From: Candidatus Saccharimonadales bacterium
Lineage (GTDB): Bacteria; Patescibacteriota; Saccharimonadia; QS-5-54-17
Assembly: GCA_040903985.1 (NCBI GenBank)
Contig: JBBDUI010000002.1
Location: 390,038 to 454,037, forward strand
Direction: 5' to 3'
DNA: 64,000 nt
A program made the position numbers and the translations under genes. Position 1 is the first letter of the stretch; each line of letters begins with the position of its first letter. The notes beneath the pieces were generated by a model. It saw nothing but the letters and a program-made list of their open reading frames with translations, ran no database searches and was not told the origin of the DNA. Shown piece after piece: positions 59,488-64,000 of this stretch.

Positions 59488-60339
59488 CTATAAACAGTTA
59501 AGAAGATCGAGATCTAATGGTCCGGAGAGCGTATTACAGTCGACAGCTTCTTCGTTAGAATCCGCGTCTGCATCAGTCGATGTAGTCTCTGTGGTGGTGT
59601 TTTCATCTGGTGCGGCGCTAGTCGGTGTAGCAGTTGTGGGCTGGTCTGACTCACTGTTATTTGGTGCAGCTGTTTGTTGGGATGAATGAACCGGGGCTAC
59701 AGTTGATTCATCGACCGGTCCGACCGGCTTAGTCTTCTCATCACTAGTGGTATCTTCATCTGTATCACTTCTGTCGCTGACGTTTTCTTGCACTACCACT
59801 GGTGCACCGTGGTTGTCTGGATCACTACTACGAGTGACATTGGTGGAGTTTTGCATCACGATAGCGAAGAGAATGGCGAAGATGAGAAACTGCAGCAGCA
59901 GGATGCCGATCACCGTGCGGCGTAGCCAGAGTGGGCCGGCTAAGACCTGACTAGAGGGATCGGCTAGCTTAGAGCGGATAGTAGTTATGACGCTATCGTT
60001 TGGTTTGGGCTTAGTGATCTTAATCGGTTCGGCTCTGGTCTGAGTTTTGTTAGCGTCTCGACGCTGCGGTCGTCCGGTATTAAGGGGCAAGCTCAAGCTG
60101 CTGGGGATAGCACTGTAGAAAGACTGGGCTACCTTACTACGGGGTGGGCGGGGGGTGACTCGCAGTTTCTCACTACGCAAATCAAGCTGGTTTTGTTCTA
60201 GCTTATGGTCGGCCTGGGGGCGATCTCGTTCCTGTTCGCGGTATGTCTGTGCTTGGCGCCGCTCCCGGGCCTCGGCTCGCTTATCAGCCTCAGACCGCAG
60301 ATCTATGCGGTTCAATCTAGAGCCCTCATGGTAGTACAT
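59488..60339 (-). CDS. Single-pass membrane hypothetical protein
   Basis: Basic N-terminus, one TM helix and a Thr/Ser/Asp-rich C-terminus. Confidence 0.6.
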   Translation of the reverse strand: MYYHEGSRLNRIDLRSEADKRAEARERRQAQTYREQERDRPQADHKLEQNQLDLRSEKLRVTPRPPRSKVAQSFYSAIPSSLSLPLNTGRPQRRDANKTQTRAEPIKITKPKPNDSVITTIRSKLADPSSQVLAGPLWLRRTVIGILLLQFLIFAILFAIVMQNSTNVTRSSDPDNHGAPVVVQENVSDRSDTDEDTTSDEKTKPVGPVDESTVAPVHSSQQTAAPNNSESDQPTTATPTSAAPDENTTTETTSTDADADSNEEAVDCNTLSGPLDLDLLNCL

Positions 60340-60573
60340 CTCCTAACCTCCCTATCATCTATATTATAGCGTGGGTAAGATTCTAAATCAACTTTATGGC
60401 TCTACCAAGCTACTATCTCTATTACGCTCATGCTTTATTTATTAACTATGCGTGATTAGCCTGCTTAAAGCTTGATGAAGTGATAATCTGAGATCAAGTG
60501 GCGGCTAGATCGGGGCTGAATAGTTAAATGCTTATGGTAATATAAGAGTTAGATTAAGTAGAGAGGCTTCTAG

Positions 60574-60900
60574 ATGAATAAAAAGATCCTAGCGGTATTA
60601 GTATTAGCAGTAGTGGCTGCGGTAGCCTATGGGGCTTGGCTTTTCTTCGACCAGAGTGAGAGCGACACTTATACAATGAGTGAAGTGGCCGAACACGATA
60701 CAGCGGAAGACTGCTGGTTAGTCATCGACGGCACAGTTTACGATGCTACCGATTATCTAGATGAGCACCCACCGGGAAGCGATTCGATCGAGCGCAGTTG
60801 TGGCCTAGATGTTACCGCAGGATTTGAAGCTGTGCGAGCTCATTCAGCCGAGGCTGAAGCATTACTTAGCGGTTATCGTATCGGCGAGCTAGCCGAGTAG
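60574..60900 (+). CDS. Cytochrome b5-like heme/steroid-binding protein
   Basis: EVAEH...DCW..IDG.VYD.T....HPPG...CG.D.T..F...HS. Confidence 0.88.
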   Translation: MNKKILAVLVLAVVAAVAYGAWLFFDQSESDTYTMSEVAEHDTAEDCWLVIDGTVYDATDYLDEHPPGSDSIERSCGLDVTAGFEAVRAHSAEAEALLSGYRIGELAE

Positions 60901-60916
60901 CCTGCTCATCTTCCCT

Positions 60917-61768
60917 ATGTTGGTAATTAAGTTAGACAATCTAACCAAGACCTTTGGTACTACAACGGCTCTGCGAAACTTCTCACTAGAGATCGAAAGT
61001 GGACAGGTGGTGGGGCTACTGGGCCCGAATGGAGCCGGTAAATCTACCTTAATTAAGTCATTAGCCGGTGGTGTCCGGCCCAGCGCTGGCGGGGTAGAAG
61101 TCTTCGGCCAGAACCCCCTCAGGCAGCGACGACAACTGGCCCATCGCTTTGGCTATATGCCTCAAGCTGCCTGTCTGTACGAGGATCTATCAGTACGGGA
61201 TAACATTCGCTTTTTCGCTCGGCTACATAGCGCCCAGGTTTCCACCGCTGCAATCGATGAACTGCTGGAGTTTTTAGGCATGAGTGAGAAGCGGGACGAA
61301 CGGGTGCAGCACTTATCCGGGGGTATGAAGACTCGAGTCTCGCTGGCTTGCGCTATGATCCATCAGCCCAACATCCTTTTTCTCGATGAGCCGACGGCTG
61401 GACTCGACCTCTCGTTGAAGCGGATTCTGTGGAGCTTATTTAAGCGCTTGGCTGGAGAGGGCAAGACACTTCTGATCAGTACACATCTGATGGACGAAGC
61501 GCTACTGTGTGATCGTTTAGCTATTATTCGGGAGGGTCAGCTGCTAGTTCATGATACTCCGGCGCAGATAATTGCCCGGGGGCAAGTCAAAATCGAACTA
61601 GAGCAGCCGGACGGGAAGCAGATCAGTCAGTCAGTAGCAGCTGATCCGGTGGCTATCGCAGACTTCCTGCATGATTATGGCCTGGACCCTAAGGTAAAAC
61701 GGCTCAGCGTCGAGCGGGAATCGCTGGAGGATATTACTATCGCTATTGTAGATGGAGAGCAGGAATAG
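60917..61768 (+). CDS. ABC-2 type exporter ATP-binding protein
   Basis: GPNGAGKST, LSGGM, FLDEPTAGLD and STH. Confidence 0.93.
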   Translation: MLVIKLDNLTKTFGTTTALRNFSLEIESGQVVGLLGPNGAGKSTLIKSLAGGVRPSAGGVEVFGQNPLRQRRQLAHRFGYMPQAACLYEDLSVRDNIRFFARLHSAQVSTAAIDELLEFLGMSEKRDERVQHLSGGMKTRVSLACAMIHQPNILFLDEPTAGLDLSLKRILWSLFKRLAGEGKTLLISTHLMDEALLCDRLAIIREGQLLVHDTPAQIIARGQVKIELEQPDGKQISQSVAADPVAIADFLHDYGLDPKVKRLSVERESLEDITIAIVDGEQE

Positions 61769-61770
61769 CT

Positions 61771-62505
61771 ATGCGTAATATGTTCACGCTCGGCCGCCGG
61801 GTGCTCAACCAGCTTTTCCGGGACAAGTGGTTTCTGATCTTCTCCTTGGCTGCACCGGTACTTATCATTATCGTTTTACGGGTATTTTTCGACACTCTAC
61901 CGGAGCAGATGCCGGTTGAGGAGCTGGTAGTGGCCTTAGCAGCTACGGTCGTCTTCATCATCACGTTCGTACTCTGCATGATATCTGTGGTGGAAGAGCG
62001 AGTTAACGGCACTCTGGAGCGGATGTATGTTAATGGGGTATCGCGGCCGACTATCATCGTCGGTTATGTCCTGGGCTACCTCGTCCTAGCTACGGTTCAG
62101 ACCGCTATCGTAATCGCGATGATTCTAGGTTTGTTCGATCTCAGCTATAGCATCAGTGTGCTGGTCTGGCTGTTTGCGACGATCTGGCTACTTGCTTTAG
62201 CCTCGGTCGCCCTCGGAGTGTTAATTTCTAGCTTCGTCCGGCGTCAGGTGCAGATTATCCCGTTTATCCCGCTGGTATTACTACCGACCATCTTCCTCTC
62301 CGGTATCATGGTCGACCCTACTCAGCTACCCCTGCCGGCCCAGATTGTTGGTCGAGCTACGCCGCTATACTATGCTAATAACGCTATTCAGGAAGCTACC
62401 GGAGGTCAAGATCTAGCGATAATCTGGCCTCAGATTGCAGCCCTAGTGGGTGTGATCGCTATCTTCCTCTTTTTAGCTTCGCGGACACTTAAAACGGTCG
62501 AATAA
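61771..62505 (+). CDS. ABC-2 type exporter permease
   Basis: EERVNGTLER, FLSG and PLYY; six TM helices. Confidence 0.9.
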   Translation: MRNMFTLGRRVLNQLFRDKWFLIFSLAAPVLIIIVLRVFFDTLPEQMPVEELVVALAATVVFIITFVLCMISVVEERVNGTLERMYVNGVSRPTIIVGYVLGYLVLATVQTAIVIAMILGLFDLSYSISVLVWLFATIWLLALASVALGVLISSFVRRQVQIIPFIPLVLLPTIFLSGIMVDPTQLPLPAQIVGRATPLYYANNAIQEATGGQDLAIIWPQIAALVGVIAIFLFLASRTLKTVE

Positions 62506-62578
62506 TCGTTGCATAAGCATAATAATATGGTCTAGTATGCAACATCAATGTATACTGAAGCTTAATTGATTCGGAGAT

Positions 62579-64000
62579 ATGCCGGTGCTACAACTAGCGG
62601 CTTTGAGAGTTAAAACCCATCGACCTCATTTTGCGGCCCTGCATCTAGTTGCGATCGGGGTGCTAGTACTTTCTACTTGGGCTAGCAGCATGCTCTATGG
62701 CGGCGATAACGTGCGGGCTGCGGCTCCGGTGGAGATTACTAACTGCACCGAGTTAGAGAATATCAGTTTGGATCTGGCCGGTGATTACGTACTGGCTAAC
62801 GATATCGACTGCGCCCCTAGCGATGGTGCAGTGCACTACAGTGAAGACTTTGAGGGTGGTGGGGCCGGCTGGGTTAGTAGTGGTACTAATGATACTTGGA
62901 GCCTGCTCGATGAGACTTGTGACCGAGAGGATGTGGCGGCGGCACCATTTAACTTCGATTCGACGGTGCATGGCAGTAACGGTAAGGCCGGCCCCGACTG
63001 CTTAGGTGGTAACGAGGAGACAAGTACGCTGACTAGTCCAGCCATCGGTCTACCGGTAGTTAGTAATCTCTACCTACGCTTTGACTCGTGGGCGTACGAT
63101 CAAGGCGGTAAGTGTACCGATGATAGTGCAGACGACACTAAAGATGTGGCGCTAGTGGTTAACGGTGGTCCGGCTCAGATCTTAAACGACTGCTACGCTC
63201 TTCATCCTAATAGTGCCGCTCAGGATGAGCTGGGTGCTCATACCTGGTGGTTTGACCTGTCAGCTTATGCCGGGGAAACTATTGAGCTTAGCTTCCATTA
63301 TCAGACTCAAGATAACGATCTCGGCTTTGAGTTAGGCTGGTTCATCGATAATGTTGCGATTACCGAGACCGATTTCTTTGAACCGATCGGTACCACGGGG
63401 GATAGCTTCGACGGTACACTCGATGGAGATGATCACACTATTTCGAACTTGCTGATAGAGGAGACCGGTGATTACGTCGGTTTGTTTGGTTATACCGGTG
63501 CAACTGCCGAGATTAAAAACGTCGGGCTCACGAGCGGCAACCTATTTACCACTGGGAGTTATGCTGGTGGTCTAGTCGGATTTAATGCAGGAACTTTAGA
63601 GAACGTTTACGCTAATCTCGATGTACGTGGGGCAAATAACATCGGCGGCTTAGTCGGCAGTAGCTCCGGGGAGATCTCGCAGGCTTCTGCCGGCGGTGAG
63701 GTAATCGGTGAGGATTTCGTTGGCGGCTTAGTCGGTGAAGTAAACGGTAGTGTGAGCTACTCTTCAGCTACCGGTCAGGTCAGCCTACCCGGTAATTGCT
63801 GCGCAGGCGGCCTGATCGGGGCCCTCTACGGTACGGTAGATAACTCTTACGCCCGGGGCAAGGTATCGAGTGACGGTCTGAGCGGTAACCAAGGCGGCTT
63901 AGTCGGCGTCAGCACTGGCATGCTGACTAATTCCTACGCCACTGGAGTGGTGACCGGCACATTACCACTGGGCGGTCTGATCGCTACTGATGTAGGCAGT
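62579..64000 (+). CDS. Secreted GLUG-repeat surface protein, 3'-truncated by the window edge (missing from the ORF track)
   Basis: Manual translation gives MPVLQL...ITNCTELENISLDLAGDYVLANDID...FDGTLDGDDHTISNL...VGLFG, then repeated GGLVG; SD GGAG; no stop seen before 64000. Confidence 0.85.
   Translation, partial: MPVLQLAALRVKTHRPHFAALHLVAIGVLVLSTWASSMLYGGDNVRAAAPVEITNCTELENISLDLAGDYVLANDIDCAPSDGAVHYSEDFEGGGAGWVSSGTNDTWSLLDETCDREDVAAAPFNFDSTVHGSNGKAGPDCLGGNEETSTLTSPAIGLPVVSNLYLRFDSWAYDQGGKCTDDSADDTKDVALVVNGGPAQILNDCYALHPNSAAQDELGAHTWWFDLSAYAGETIELSFHYQTQDNDLGFELGWFIDNVAITETDFFEPIGTTGDSFDGTLDGDDHTISNLLIEETGDYVGLFGYTGATAEIKNVGLTSGNLFTTGSYAGGLVGFNAGTLENVYANLDVRGANNIGGLVGSSSGEISQASAGGEVIGEDFVGGLVGEVNGSVSYSSATGQVSLPGNCCAGGLIGALYGTVDNSYARGKVSSDGLSGNQGGLVGVSTGMLTNSYATGVVTGTLPLGGLIATDVGS

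Overview
This 64-kb window contains the replication-origin region of what is most likely a Patescibacteria (Saccharimonadia/TM7-like) chromosome; the taxonomy is inferred from gene content and protein style. From left to right it holds: (1) the end of a secreted-protein/peptidoglycan-hydrolase cluster; (2) dciA-recF-dnaN-oriC-dnaA-oriC-rpmH-rnpA-yidC-jag; (3) a ~30-kb surface-glycan locus with wzm/wzt, a split WbdD-like methyltransferase plus kinase, GT2/GT4/GT-C transferases, TagD/TagF-like enzymes, rmlBCDA and a UDP-sugar dehydrogenase; (4) lexA and tRNA-Asn; (5) an accessory region of small genes, two GC-rich SLH-domain surface proteins, ccdA/thioredoxin, an ABC exporter and a GLUG-repeat protein that runs off the window end. 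About 16 genes look leaderless, with a -10 box 6-7 nt before the ATG. The most notable signal involves four minus-strand membrane/surface genes (40285, 42766, 51182, 56497) that share a pre-rRNA-like transcript layout. Each has a promoter, a boxA-like element, a leader arm complementary to a segment 3' of the CDS (a different sequence in each gene), an SD-led CDS and long 3' hairpins, which show covariation between the two SLH genes. No CRISPR array, rRNA or transposase was seen. All composition statements are by-eye estimates.
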